Shown: positions 28,738 through 38,118 of the stretch, one piece after another
How the letters are laid out: the number at the start of each line of letters is the position of its first letter
How positions within the stretch are numbered: the first letter of the stretch is position 1
Assembly (NCBI GenBank): GCA_964291415.2
Contig: OZ219919.1
Coordinates: 3,721-67,720 of the forward strand
DNA length: 64,000 bases
Source: Alphaproteobacteria bacterium
GTDB lineage: Bacteria > Pseudomonadota > Alphaproteobacteria > SP197
Direction of reading: 5' to 3'
Translations under genes and position numbers: made by a program
The notes under the pieces: generated by a model
What the model saw: the letters and a program-made list of their open reading frames with translations, nothing else
The model's database searches: none
What the model was told of the DNA's origin: nothing

Positions 28738-30578
28738 TGGGCCTCTTCAAGCGCAGAAAGACAATCCAGGTCGCTTGCGACATTCTCGTCGTCGGCGGCG
28801 GCATGGCCGGATGCGGTGCTGTCTACGAAGCCCGCTACTGGGGGCGTGATCTCAAGGTCGTTTGCGTCGAGAAGGCCAACATCGAGCGCAGCGGCGCTGT
28901 CGCACAGGGTCTTTACGCCATCAACTGCTACATGGGTATGCAGTGGGGCGAGAATCAGCCTGAGGACTTTGTCCGCTATGCGAGCAATGACCTGATGGGA
29001 CTGGTTCGCGAGGATCTGGCCTACGATATCGGCCGGCACGTGGATTCAACCGTCCACATGTTCGAGGACTGGGGTCTTCCCATCATGCGGGACCCGGAGA
29101 CCGGCCGCTATCAGCGCGAGGGCAAGTGGCAGATCATGATCCACGGCGAAAGCTACAAGCCCATCGTCGCCGAGGCCGCCCGAAAGGCCGCGACCGAGGT
29201 CTACAACCGGATCATGGTGACCCATCTTCTCGTCGACAAGCGGGATCCCAACCGGGCCGCGGGCGCCGTGGGTTTCAATGTCCGCACGGGCGACTTCTAC
29301 GTCTTCAGGGCGAAGGCCGTGATCATTGCAGCGGGGGGCGCTTCGCACATCTTCAAGCCGCGAGCCGTCGGCGAAGGAATGGGCAGGACATGGTATGCGC
29401 CCTGGAGCAGTGCATCGGCCTACGGCCTGCCCATTCAGATCGGTACCAAGATGACGCAGATGGAGAACCGGATCGTCCTGACCCGGTTCAAGGACGGCTA
29501 CGGCCCCGTCGGCGCCTATTTCCTGCACCTCAAGACCTACACGCAGAACGCCTACGGCGAAGAGTATGAATCCAGATGGTACGACGACACCAGGAAACTG
29601 GTCGGTGACTATGTCGACCGTCACCCGGTCCCGACGTGCCTGCGCAATCATGCCCTGCTGAAGGAACTCGCCCATGGTGGAGGACCGATCCGCATGGTGA
29701 CCACGGAAGCCTTTCAGGATCCGCACAAGGAGACGGTGGGCTGGGAGAACTTCCTGGGCATGACCATTGGCCAGGCCGTGGTCTGGGCATCGCAGAACAT
29801 CGATCCCAAACACACCAACCCGGAGCTGACGACGTCGGAACCCTATGTCATGGGCTCTCACGCCACCTGTTCAGGCGCCTGGGCAAGCGGTCCGGAAGAC
29901 TATGCGCCGGGCGAGTACCGGTGGGGCTACAACCGCATGACGACCACCAGTGGCCTGTTCGGCGCCGGCGACGCCAGCGGCGGCACCCCGCACAAGTTCT
30001 CGTCGGGGTCGTTCACGGAAGGCCGGATCGCCGCCAAGGCCGCGGTGAACTACATCATCGATGTCGGCGAGGAACCCCTGGTCGACGAGGCGGAAATCGG
30101 TCGCCTCAAGACGGAGATCTTCCAGCCGCTCGAAAACTACGATATCGGGCGCAACGAGATCGTGGCCGGAACGGTTTCGCCGAGCTACATCCTGCCTCTG
30201 CACGCCCTGCAGCGCCTCGAAAAGCTCATGGATGAGTATTGCGGCGGCATCACGGTCAACTACATGACCAACGAACCGCTGCTCAGTCGCGGCCTGGAAC
30301 TGATGGAGATGCTGAAGGACGATGCCCGCCACATCGGCGCCGAGGATCTTCACCAGCTGCAGCGGACATGGGAGTTCCGGCACCGGCTCCTGGCGTCGGA
30401 AAGCGTCATGCAGCACACGCTCTTCCGCAAGGAGACACGCTGGCCCGGGTACTACTACCGGGGCGACCACATGATGCTCGACGACGACAACTGGCACTGT
30501 TTCACGCTGTCCCGCTACGACGCCGAGACGGACACCTGGTCCATGGAAAAGGCGCCGGTCTACCACATCGTCGATTGA
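28737..30578 (+). CDS. aprA: Adenylylsulfate (APS) reductase alpha subunit (flavoprotein)
   Basis: 613-aa ORF. Its ATG shares one base with the aprB stop (TGATG). FAD fold DILVVGGGMAGCGA, and fumarate-reductase-like flavoprotein architecture. Confidence 0.9.
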   Translation: MGLFKRRKTIQVACDILVVGGGMAGCGAVYEARYWGRDLKVVCVEKANIERSGAVAQGLYAINCYMGMQWGENQPEDFVRYASNDLMGLVREDLAYDIGRHVDSTVHMFEDWGLPIMRDPETGRYQREGKWQIMIHGESYKPIVAEAARKAATEVYNRIMVTHLLVDKRDPNRAAGAVGFNVRTGDFYVFRAKAVIIAAGGASHIFKPRAVGEGMGRTWYAPWSSASAYGLPIQIGTKMTQMENRIVLTRFKDGYGPVGAYFLHLKTYTQNAYGEEYESRWYDDTRKLVGDYVDRHPVPTCLRNHALLKELAHGGGPIRMVTTEAFQDPHKETVGWENFLGMTIGQAVVWASQNIDPKHTNPELTTSEPYVMGSHATCSGAWASGPEDYAPGEYRWGYNRMTTTSGLFGAGDASGGTPHKFSSGSFTEGRIAAKAAVNYIIDVGEEPLVDEAEIGRLKTEIFQPLENYDIGRNEIVAGTVSPSYILPLHALQRLEKLMDEYCGGITVNYMTNEPLLSRGLELMEMLKDDARHIGAEDLHQLQRTWEFRHRLLASESVMQHTLFRKETRWPGYYYRGDHMMLDDDNWHCFTLSRYDAETDTWSMEKAPVYHIVD

Positions 30579-30689
30579 TCCCCAATCTTCGGATCGGTGA
30601 CGCAACCGGCGGCCTGGCTGCATCGGCCCGTCAGGCGCAGGAACCGTTACGCCGAGGCAATCTTGACTGCAACAAGGCGACCGGAGTGG

Positions 30690-32228
30690 TCAGGCTCTCC
30701 GGGCAAAGGAGCGCAGGGCGTCGAGCCTGGTCTGATCGACAATCACGCGCGGCACCTTGTGCTGGCCGCCAAGCTTGCCCTGAGCCGCCATCCAGGCGGC
30801 AAATCCTCCGGGCGGCATGACCTCGACGCGTGGAGGGTCCATGCCCCAGCCGCCGGCACGGTGAGCTTCATAGTCCGCGTTGACGGATTGCAGGGTGCGG
30901 TCGAGCGAGACAGCGAATGAGTCCAGGAGCCGCTCGTCGATGTCGGATGAGGAAAACTCGATGACGTAAAGGTGGCCGCCCCGTTCGCCGGGACGCGAGG
31001 AAAAGATGCTGCCGACGGCGAAGTCGCTGATCGTGGCGCCGATGGCCCGCGCCGCGCCGGAAACCGCCTCTTCGAGTTCGGCGACGATCACGTGTTCGCC
31101 GAAGGCGGACAACATGTGGGCGGTGCGTCCGGTAAAGAGAATGCGTGGCGGATCGAGCGTGGTGAAGGTGACGGTGTCCCCGACGAGATAGCGCCACAGA
31201 CCGGCTGCCGTGCTCACCACGAGAGCGTAGTTGACACCCTCCTCGACATCCCCGATCCAGCGGCACGCCTCCGTTCTGACCCGCTGGCCGTCGACCGGGG
31301 CGAACTCGAAGAACATCGCGTTGTCGAGCTGCAGGCGCAGGCCGTCGTCCGCGCCCCCGTCCGCCATGGCGAAGAAACCCTCGCTGGCGGCGTAGACCTC
31401 TCGGGTTTCCGCATGGCTGCCCTCGAGGAGGGCAGCGAACCGCTCGCGGTAGGGCGCCCAGGAGACGCCGCCATGGACCAGCAGTTCGAGCCCGGGATAG
31501 ACCGAGGCGATGCGCCCGTCTGCGGCGTCCGCGATCTCCAGGAGATGATCGAAATAGATCAGCAGCCAGCTCGGCACCCCGCAGACGGCATGGATGGTCT
31601 GATCAAGCGAAGCCCTGGCGAACCGGTTGATCTTGTCGTTCCAGTCGCTGATGGCTTCGAGGTGCCGGGGTGGAAAGCTCCGCAAGCGGGCCCAACGCGG
31701 CATCACGGAGGCCGTGATCCCGCTCAGATCGCCGCTCGTCACACCAGGAGCACGCTGCTCGAGTCCGGTCGATCCTCCGAGAATGAAGACGCGACCGGCC
31801 AGAATTCTGCTTCGCGGCCTGTTGATCGCATGCCAGACGAGGAGATCCCCGGCCGCGCGGCGGTTCGAGCGGTTCATCTCCCGGGTGAAGGGAATGAAGC
31901 GGGTGGTGCCCCGGGTCGTGCCCGACGTTTCGGCAAACCAGGGAACAAGGCCAGGCCAGGTGCAATTCACGAGACGCGGGAAATCACGGCTCCAGTAATC
32001 GTCCCAGAACTCGTCGTGGCTGCGCACAGGCACGCGGGCGCGGTAGTCATCGATGGTGCGGACCCCGGCGAGGTCATGGTCGCGCGCAAAGCGGGTTGCT
32101 GCCGCCTTCCTGATGAGGGAGAGAAGAACGCCGGTCTGGAGGCGCTGCGCATCGCCGGTCCCGAGACGGAGCAATCTCCGGCGTGCATGGGCACGCAGCA
32201 TCCACGTCGCGTCAAGCATGTCCGCCAT
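30690..32228 (-). CDS. GH3-family (JAR1-like) acyl-acid amido synthetase homolog
   Basis: 512-aa ORF. N-terminal ...IRKAAATRFARDHDL...YRARVPVRSHDEFWDDYW and adenylation motif ETSGTTRGTTRFIPFT. Confidence 0.8.
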   Translation of the reverse strand: MADMLDATWMLRAHARRRLLRLGTGDAQRLQTGVLLSLIRKAAATRFARDHDLAGVRTIDDYRARVPVRSHDEFWDDYWSRDFPRLVNCTWPGLVPWFAETSGTTRGTTRFIPFTREMNRSNRRAAGDLLVWHAINRPRSRILAGRVFILGGSTGLEQRAPGVTSGDLSGITASVMPRWARLRSFPPRHLEAISDWNDKINRFARASLDQTIHAVCGVPSWLLIYFDHLLEIADAADGRIASVYPGLELLVHGGVSWAPYRERFAALLEGSHAETREVYAASEGFFAMADGGADDGLRLQLDNAMFFEFAPVDGQRVRTEACRWIGDVEEGVNYALVVSTAAGLWRYLVGDTVTFTTLDPPRILFTGRTAHMLSAFGEHVIVAELEEAVSGAARAIGATISDFAVGSIFSSRPGERGGHLYVIEFSSSDIDERLLDSFAVSLDRTLQSVNADYEAHRAGGWGMDPPRVEVMPPGGFAAWMAAQGKLGGQHKVPRVIVDQTRLDALRSFARRA

Positions 32229-32237
32229 GGCGCATCG

Positions 32238-34523
32238 TCAGTGACCGATGACCGTCACATGGGGGAACGACGCCCGTACACCTTCCGGAGTGAGTGGCAC
32301 CCGCACATACCCTCCCGACTGCCAAAGAGGCCACTGGTCGAGCATGGTCGAACTGTTGAGCCAGCCGTCCTGCCCGCCCAGCAGCACGAAGTAGTTCTCA
32401 TCCATGTTCGTCATGTCGGAAACATGGCGGGCATTGGCGCCGTAACGCACCGTGTGGCGCGTGGCGCTGGCATCGTGAGCCGTCTTCATGATGGTTTCGG
32501 AACTGCCGCCCACGCCGTGGTCACCGAAACGGTAGCGGTCGCCGATGACGGGAAGCATGGAGAGGGGATGGGCGAGGGAAAGGCGATGCATGTCTGACCA
32601 GTCGGTGAACCGATCGAGTCCTTCTCCGGCCGCCTCGAGACCGGCCGCCAGGGCAGCATCATGCACCTCCCGGGACGCCTGCTCCATGTCGCGGACCAGC
32701 ACTCCCCGGCGCGCCATGACAGCGCCGTGCTCCTCTCCAAGGAGCCGGTCGTAGAACGCCTGGACAAAGCCGGCGCGAAACTGCTCGAAGCTGACGGCGC
32801 CGACGGAACCGGCGCGATAGTGACCGTCCCAGTCCCGGATGCGGGCGATCGCTTCGGCCGCTTCGGGCCCGGCCGACGAGGCCAGCCCCGCAGCGTCGAG
32901 GCCTTCGATGAAGGCGTCGCGCAGCTTCGCCGACGACGGCATGTAGACGTCCTGCTGGATTGCCTTCACGGCGTCGACATCAAGCCGGTCACCGCCGCCG
33001 GCGAGGCTGGCGAGACGCGATACCCTGTCGTCGGAAGAAAAGAAGTAACCGACCGGCGTGGCCGTCCGGGTCGGCTTGTTGTTGGCCGACACCAGGTATG
33101 CCTGCCGGGGATTGTAGCTCCAGGGAAAATCCCCGGACGACCGCATCGTGGCCCAGGCTCTCCTCACCTCTGCGGCATCGGCGACGAGATCAGTCGGGGT
33201 TCCGGGCCTCTGCGGCAGGGTGACAGCCATGACCTGGCCGATATTGCCGTCGCGGTCGGCGTAGATCATGTTCTGTCCGGGTACCGCAAATGTATCGAAT
33301 GCGGCACGGAACCCGTTGAAATCCCGGGCCCGGCTGACCGCCAGCATGGCGCCGATTTCATCGCTCGTGTCATGACCGGTCCACCGGAGTGCGAGATCGG
33401 GAAGATCATGGTCGGCCAGGAAGGGTGCATCGCTGATCACCGGACCCAGCGGCGTCTGCCTGATGGTGATGGTCGAATCGAACCACCAGCGCACGGAAAT
33501 CGTCTCGTCGCGTGACTCGATGACATCGGGATCGATGTTGCTGACATCAACGAGATCACTGGAGGCGGCCCGCATGTTGGTGCCGCCCCAGGCGATCGAC
33601 GGATTGCGGCCGATGGCGAAGACCGGCAATCCCGGACCCATCAGACCGACCACGTGATAGGAAGGCGACTTCAGGCCAGCGACCAGCCACACGTTGGGAA
33701 CGAGGATCCCGAGGTGCGGGTCGTTGGCGATGATGGCGCCCCCGGTGGTCGTGCGGTCCGGCCCGATCGCCATGCTGTTGGAACCCGTCCGGCCGATGCC
33801 CGCCAGGAGTCCGTTCACGTCGTCGCTCGCGAAACTCGGCAGAGACGCGCTCCCGCTCTCCACCAGGTGCGCCCACAGCTGCGGCCAGTCCGGACGCTGT
33901 CTCAAGGGCAGCAGCCCGCTCCATATCAGCCAGTTCACATCCGTGCCCACCAGCCGCCCGATGGTGAGGACATCGGTGACGGTCCACGGTTCACGGTCCA
34001 TGCCGAGAACCCTGAACTCCTGCGGCAGATCGTCGAGTGTTGCCTGATAGTGGTTGATTCCGTCGACAAATCGCTGTGTCCAGCGCCGCGCACCGTCATC
34101 CATCGCCGCCTCGATGTTCCGGGCAGCGTGCCCGAAGGAAAGAATGCGCAGGCCGTGGTCGATGTCGCTGGCAAGGGGACCTGCCACCTCGGCGAGGCGG
34201 CCACGGGCCGCCATGCGCACCAGGCTCATCTGGGCAAGGCGCAGATGAGCATGGACCATGCCCAGCGCAAAGGCTGCATCATCGTCGCTCGCCGCCTCGA
34301 TGAACGGAATCTGGTGATCGTTCCAGTAGATCGTCACCGGGCCGTCGAGGCCCACTCCGTGGTCGGGAAAGACGGCCAGACGGTGCGCCAGTCCGCGGGG
34401 TTCGGGAAGCGGCGCCAGCAGGGAACACGCGGCCAGCAGGCCACCGGCGAGGACAAGGCCGGCGGTACGCCCCAGCATGTCGGTCATGGGTCGGAATCCT
34501 TCATCGGCGGCGGGGCCTACCAT
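32238..34523 (-). CDS. Penicillin/AHL acylase family Ntn-hydrolase, probable lipoprotein
   Basis: 761-aa ORF. The start may be ATG 34487 or 34478. Signal with lipobox LVLAGGLLAAC. Self-processing nucleophile context GRTGSNSMAIGP. Its stop lies 9 nt before the GH3 start. Confidence 0.85.
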   Translation of the reverse strand: MVGPAADEGFRPMTDMLGRTAGLVLAGGLLAACSLLAPLPEPRGLAHRLAVFPDHGVGLDGPVTIYWNDHQIPFIEAASDDDAAFALGMVHAHLRLAQMSLVRMAARGRLAEVAGPLASDIDHGLRILSFGHAARNIEAAMDDGARRWTQRFVDGINHYQATLDDLPQEFRVLGMDREPWTVTDVLTIGRLVGTDVNWLIWSGLLPLRQRPDWPQLWAHLVESGSASLPSFASDDVNGLLAGIGRTGSNSMAIGPDRTTTGGAIIANDPHLGILVPNVWLVAGLKSPSYHVVGLMGPGLPVFAIGRNPSIAWGGTNMRAASSDLVDVSNIDPDVIESRDETISVRWWFDSTITIRQTPLGPVISDAPFLADHDLPDLALRWTGHDTSDEIGAMLAVSRARDFNGFRAAFDTFAVPGQNMIYADRDGNIGQVMAVTLPQRPGTPTDLVADAAEVRRAWATMRSSGDFPWSYNPRQAYLVSANNKPTRTATPVGYFFSSDDRVSRLASLAGGGDRLDVDAVKAIQQDVYMPSSAKLRDAFIEGLDAAGLASSAGPEAAEAIARIRDWDGHYRAGSVGAVSFEQFRAGFVQAFYDRLLGEEHGAVMARRGVLVRDMEQASREVHDAALAAGLEAAGEGLDRFTDWSDMHRLSLAHPLSMLPVIGDRYRFGDHGVGGSSETIMKTAHDASATRHTVRYGANARHVSDMTNMDENYFVLLGGQDGWLNSSTMLDQWPLWQSGGYVRVPLTPEGVRASFPHVTVIGH

Positions 34524-34625
34524 GGGCGCCGACGATGTCCGGATTGTTGCGCGCGTGCAAAGATGTTCTGCCGGACAAGAATCGCCGTGCGCATCCGTGA
34601 ACCGGAAGGCGTCCGGTGTCCCCTC

Positions 34626-36128
34626 TCATGGACGGCGGTGCTCCGGACCGCCCGGTCCCAGCCTGACACCGTCGCGCAGGAAGCGATACCCGAGCTGGTC
34701 CAGACGGCACGGGTGTTCGCCCGGCGATTCGACGAGGAGGGTCCTCGTGGCGATCGGATCGTAGTCGGCCCGAAAGTGCACCGTGCTCTTGACCACGAGG
34801 ATGTGCTGGTCCGTCGGCTCGACACCGATATGGCGGAAACACGCCTGGTCGAGATTCTGGAAGCGGACACTCGAGACAATCGCCTTGACGTCGCAGTCGG
34901 CATCGGCGACCGACAGCAGGGCCAGCGGACCGAGATTGGTGACGACGCCGCGGTACATCTCGCCTTGGCACTCGAAGATCCCGTTGCCGAGACGCTCAAC
35001 CCGGAAACGGCCGCGAAAGGGGGCCTGGCCCGGTCTGCCGGACTTGCCGCCTAGAGGCGCATCGAATGTGCTCCCCTCTCCCTGGGCATGGGCCTCCCGC
35101 GCGACCCCGGGGTCCCACAGCAGAGCAAGAGCGGCGCCGGTGGCGTGGTGGCGCACCAGGGCCTCGAGAATCCCCACCGTGTCGGAGGTGCCTCCCGCGC
35201 CGGGATTGTCCTGGGCATCGGCAAGGATCACCGGACCGGCCGGCTCGGCCATGGCGATTCTCACCGCTTCATCGGCGTCAAGCAGCGCATTGTCGAAGAC
35301 CTCCTCGGCGGCGATGAAACCTCTCATGATCTCGTGAGCGGCCTCACGGGCACGGTGAGGATCGGCATCGTAGGCAATTGCCGCCGGTCCGCATTCGGCG
35401 ATGTCGGCGGGCGGAAATCCAAGCGCCAGGTCCGCGCTCGTGACACCGGCATGCTCGCGCCGCCTGATGTCGTCGTAGAATCCGCTGTTGGGCGGTGCGC
35501 CGGTCCACTGGGCGGAGAGCGGCACCAGGAACGGTGATCTGGCGAATCCCTTCGCCAGGGGCTCGCCCGCAAGCAGGCGCATCATGAGGCGATAGCAACG
35601 GCGTCCGGTGTCGTCCATGTCGATGTGCGGATAGGTCCGGTAGATCGTCATGGCCGAGGACATCGCCACCATGCGTTCCGTGATGTTCGCATGGAGGTCG
35701 AGGCTGTTGACGACGGGAATGGAGTGTCCGACGACGCTGCGGACACGTTCCAGGGTTTCGCCCTCGCCGTCCTCGCAGTGTTCGGTGACCATGGCTCCAT
35801 GGAGATCGAGGAAGACGGCATCAAACGGGCCGAGCCGCGCCAGGTCGTCGGTCATCATGCCGACAATCCTCTCGAAGGCGTCTTCCGTGACATGGGACGA
35901 CGGCTCGGCGGAGGCCCACAGAAGCGGCACGAGTTCGTGGCCGTCATCGGTTGCCTGACGAATGAACGATTCCAGGGCGAGGTTGAGACCGGCAACGGCG
36001 TCGAAGAGTTCCGGACCACGTGTCAGGCCTGGCCAGGCATCATGGAGTTCGAAGTCACAGAAGTCCGCGTTGGTCGACGCGAAGGTGTTCGTCTCGTGCT
36101 GAAATCCACCCACCGCGATACGTGCCAT
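34626..36128 (-). CDS. M81 family metallopeptidase (MlrC-like)
   Basis: 500-aa ORF. N-terminal MARIAVGGFQHETNTFAS is typical of the MlrC N-domain, and the C-domain is MlrC-like. Confidence 0.8.
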   Translation of the reverse strand: MARIAVGGFQHETNTFASTNADFCDFELHDAWPGLTRGPELFDAVAGLNLALESFIRQATDDGHELVPLLWASAEPSSHVTEDAFERIVGMMTDDLARLGPFDAVFLDLHGAMVTEHCEDGEGETLERVRSVVGHSIPVVNSLDLHANITERMVAMSSAMTIYRTYPHIDMDDTGRRCYRLMMRLLAGEPLAKGFARSPFLVPLSAQWTGAPPNSGFYDDIRRREHAGVTSADLALGFPPADIAECGPAAIAYDADPHRAREAAHEIMRGFIAAEEVFDNALLDADEAVRIAMAEPAGPVILADAQDNPGAGGTSDTVGILEALVRHHATGAALALLWDPGVAREAHAQGEGSTFDAPLGGKSGRPGQAPFRGRFRVERLGNGIFECQGEMYRGVVTNLGPLALLSVADADCDVKAIVSSVRFQNLDQACFRHIGVEPTDQHILVVKSTVHFRADYDPIATRTLLVESPGEHPCRLDQLGYRFLRDGVRLGPGGPEHRRP

Positions 36129-36274
36129 GATGCACCCTCCTGACCCCGGGCCGGCGCGATTCTGTCACGCTGTCCTGAACCGGCGCAACCGCGGCACACT
36201 CTCCGAAGTCGGGTCGTCGTGACCGTCTGGGCGCGTCAACCCGGGGCACGGCCCGCCAGGTTGCTGCCCGGTTC

Positions 36275-36338
36275 GCGGATCAAGACGTCGATCGGCAAAT
36301 CAACCTGTTGAAAAGGCGGGTGTCGGGCGGATCAAGAC
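36275..36338. repeat. 12-nt direct repeat upstream of the MlrC-like gene
   Basis: GCGGATCAAGAC at 36275-36286 and 36327-36338 (52-nt period), about 150-210 nt upstream of ATG 36128 on the minus strand. Confidence 0.45.
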
Positions 36339-36405
36339 AACACCGGGCCTCCGGCGCGCCCGACCCTTGAAGGGAGCGCCGCGATCAGGGGCAGGACCGC
36401 GGCAA

Positions 36406-36723
36406 TCAGGCCGTCGTGGAGATCGTGCCAGCTTCGTTGTCGACGATCACCGGCGATTCGAAGTACTCGATCGAAGGTTCGACGCCCAGTCGCTCGCGGA
36501 TACCGGCCCGCCAGGCCGCATCGTAGAGGCGTTCGGCATCCTCACGCGTATTGAACAAGTACACACCGCCGCCGGTCCGGCCATCCTCGGACAGGAGATA
36601 GTACTTTCGGATCAGACCCTCGACGCCCCGGTAAAGCGGCGCGGAGGCTTCGAATGCGGACCTCACCGCCTCGCGCGCCCTGTCTTCTGGCAATTCGAAA
36701 CGAACGATTGCGGTTACCGCCAT
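36406..36723 (-). CDS. Small dimeric alpha/beta-barrel protein (YdhR/ABM-like)
   Basis: 105-aa ORF MAVTAIVRFELPEDRAREAV...GLIRKYYLLSEDGRTGGGVYLF. The family call comes from overall pattern only. Confidence 0.5.
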   Translation of the reverse strand: MAVTAIVRFELPEDRAREAVRSAFEASAPLYRGVEGLIRKYYLLSEDGRTGGGVYLFNTREDAERLYDAAWRAGIRERLGVEPSIEYFESPVIVDNEAGTISTTA

Positions 36724-36830
36724 GGTTCAGCCTCCTCGGTTCATCATTCCGGGCCCGGTCCACAAGGGAGCCACCTGTCCCCGGCTACCGGCGGAGCCAG
36801 ACCTCCGGGGACACGGCCTCGGCCATCGCC

Positions 36831-37424
36831 TCAGGTCACGATCTCGAAGTGGGCCTCGGTCGGCTGCCGGTTCAGCCCGTTGACCGGAAGCACGTCCTGA
36901 GGGCAGGCCGACATGGCCACCACGCAATCCATGAGGGCGCGCAGCACGACATGGTCGCCGGGGGCCGACAGCGGCGTCTCGAATGCGAGCCCGCCGTCGT
37001 CATGCCAGGGGATGTTCATGAAGAGATTGAGCGGCGACGGCGTGTGTGTCTCGCGCAATCCGAGTTCGCTCATCGCCTGCGAGAGATTGTCGGCACAGTT
37101 GTCGTGGTATTCCCTGATACCCAGCAGCTCGTAACGCCAGCGGTCGCAGGCAGCCATCAGGGTGTCGTGGCGGCCAGGCGACGTGTCCGCTTCGAGCACG
37201 AGAATCGGGCGCCGGAGGTTGGTGACAAGATGGTCGCCAACACATGGGGTGAGGCGCTGGTTGAAGACGCGGGTGGCGTCCATCGCCATGTACTCCGAAA
37301 CATCGTCACCGTTGAACGCCCAGGTGTCGACAACCTGCGAACCATGGGTGTTGATGATGCGGATCGCTGCGCCGCGTGCCACGCGCACGGCCTTGCCGCC
37401 ACGCGCCGGGATGGTTGATGACAT
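36831..37424 (-). CDS. DUF1989 (urea-carboxylase-associated / CgdAB-like) family protein
   Basis: 197-aa ORF. ARGGKAVRVARGAAIRIINTHGSQVVDTWAF start motif and C-terminal VVAMSACPQD. Confidence 0.75.
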   Translation of the reverse strand: MSSTIPARGGKAVRVARGAAIRIINTHGSQVVDTWAFNGDDVSEYMAMDATRVFNQRLTPCVGDHLVTNLRRPILVLEADTSPGRHDTLMAACDRWRYELLGIREYHDNCADNLSQAMSELGLRETHTPSPLNLFMNIPWHDDGGLAFETPLSAPGDHVVLRALMDCVVAMSACPQDVLPVNGLNRQPTEAHFEIVT

Positions 37425-37512
37425 GACTCTCTCTCGCGGATTTCAGGCCGGTTGCACGATATCTTCGGTTGTCCGACGATCCTGCGCAAGCGGCCGGACG
37501 GATCGAGGCACC

Positions 37513-38118
37513 ATGATTATCGCCACCCGGGCAGATCTCGAGGAGGGCATCGGGGCGCTCATCCGTCTCGAATCGCGGTTCGGACCGGTTGTGGAGGGAC
37601 TCGAGGCCATTCCGCTCAGGATCGAGCCGGCGGGCCTGGCATCGCTGCTCGCCATCATCACCGAGCAGTCGGTGTCTCTCAAGGCCGCCGCCAGCATCCG
37701 CAAACGCCTTGACGCGGCATTCGATTCCGGCGACGCGGATGCCGTCCTCGGGGTTCCGGTGGAACGCCTGCGGGCGCTCGGACTCACCCGCTCCAAGGGC
37801 CGTGCCTTCCATGCCGCAGCGCGGGCAGCGCGCGACGGTCTGCTGGAGTCCCTCGCGACTCTGGGAGATGACGACGCGAACAAGGCACTCACCGCACTTC
37901 ACGGCATTGGAGAGTGGACCGCCCAGACCTATCTCTTGTCGTGCCTCGGGCGATCCGATGTCTGGCCTGCGGGTGACGTGGCATTGCAGACGGCCACCGC
38001 CGCTCTGTTCTCCATCGATCCGCGTCCCGATGCGCGGCAGATGGTGGCTCTCGCCGAGCCGTGGCGGCCCTGGCGCGCCGTGGCCGCGCGCATCTTGTGG
38101 ACCTGGTATCGGTCCTGA
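37513..38118 (+). CDS. HhH-GPD DNA glycosylase (3-methyladenine glycosylase II-like)
   Basis: ORF 37162..38118 trimmed to ATG 37513. HhH motif LTALHGIGEWTAQTYLL and catalytic Asp context VWPAGDVAL. Confidence 0.75.
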   Translation: MIIATRADLEEGIGALIRLESRFGPVVEGLEAIPLRIEPAGLASLLAIITEQSVSLKAAASIRKRLDAAFDSGDADAVLGVPVERLRALGLTRSKGRAFHAAARAARDGLLESLATLGDDDANKALTALHGIGEWTAQTYLLSCLGRSDVWPAGDVALQTATAALFSIDPRPDARQMVALAEPWRPWRAVAARILWTWYRS

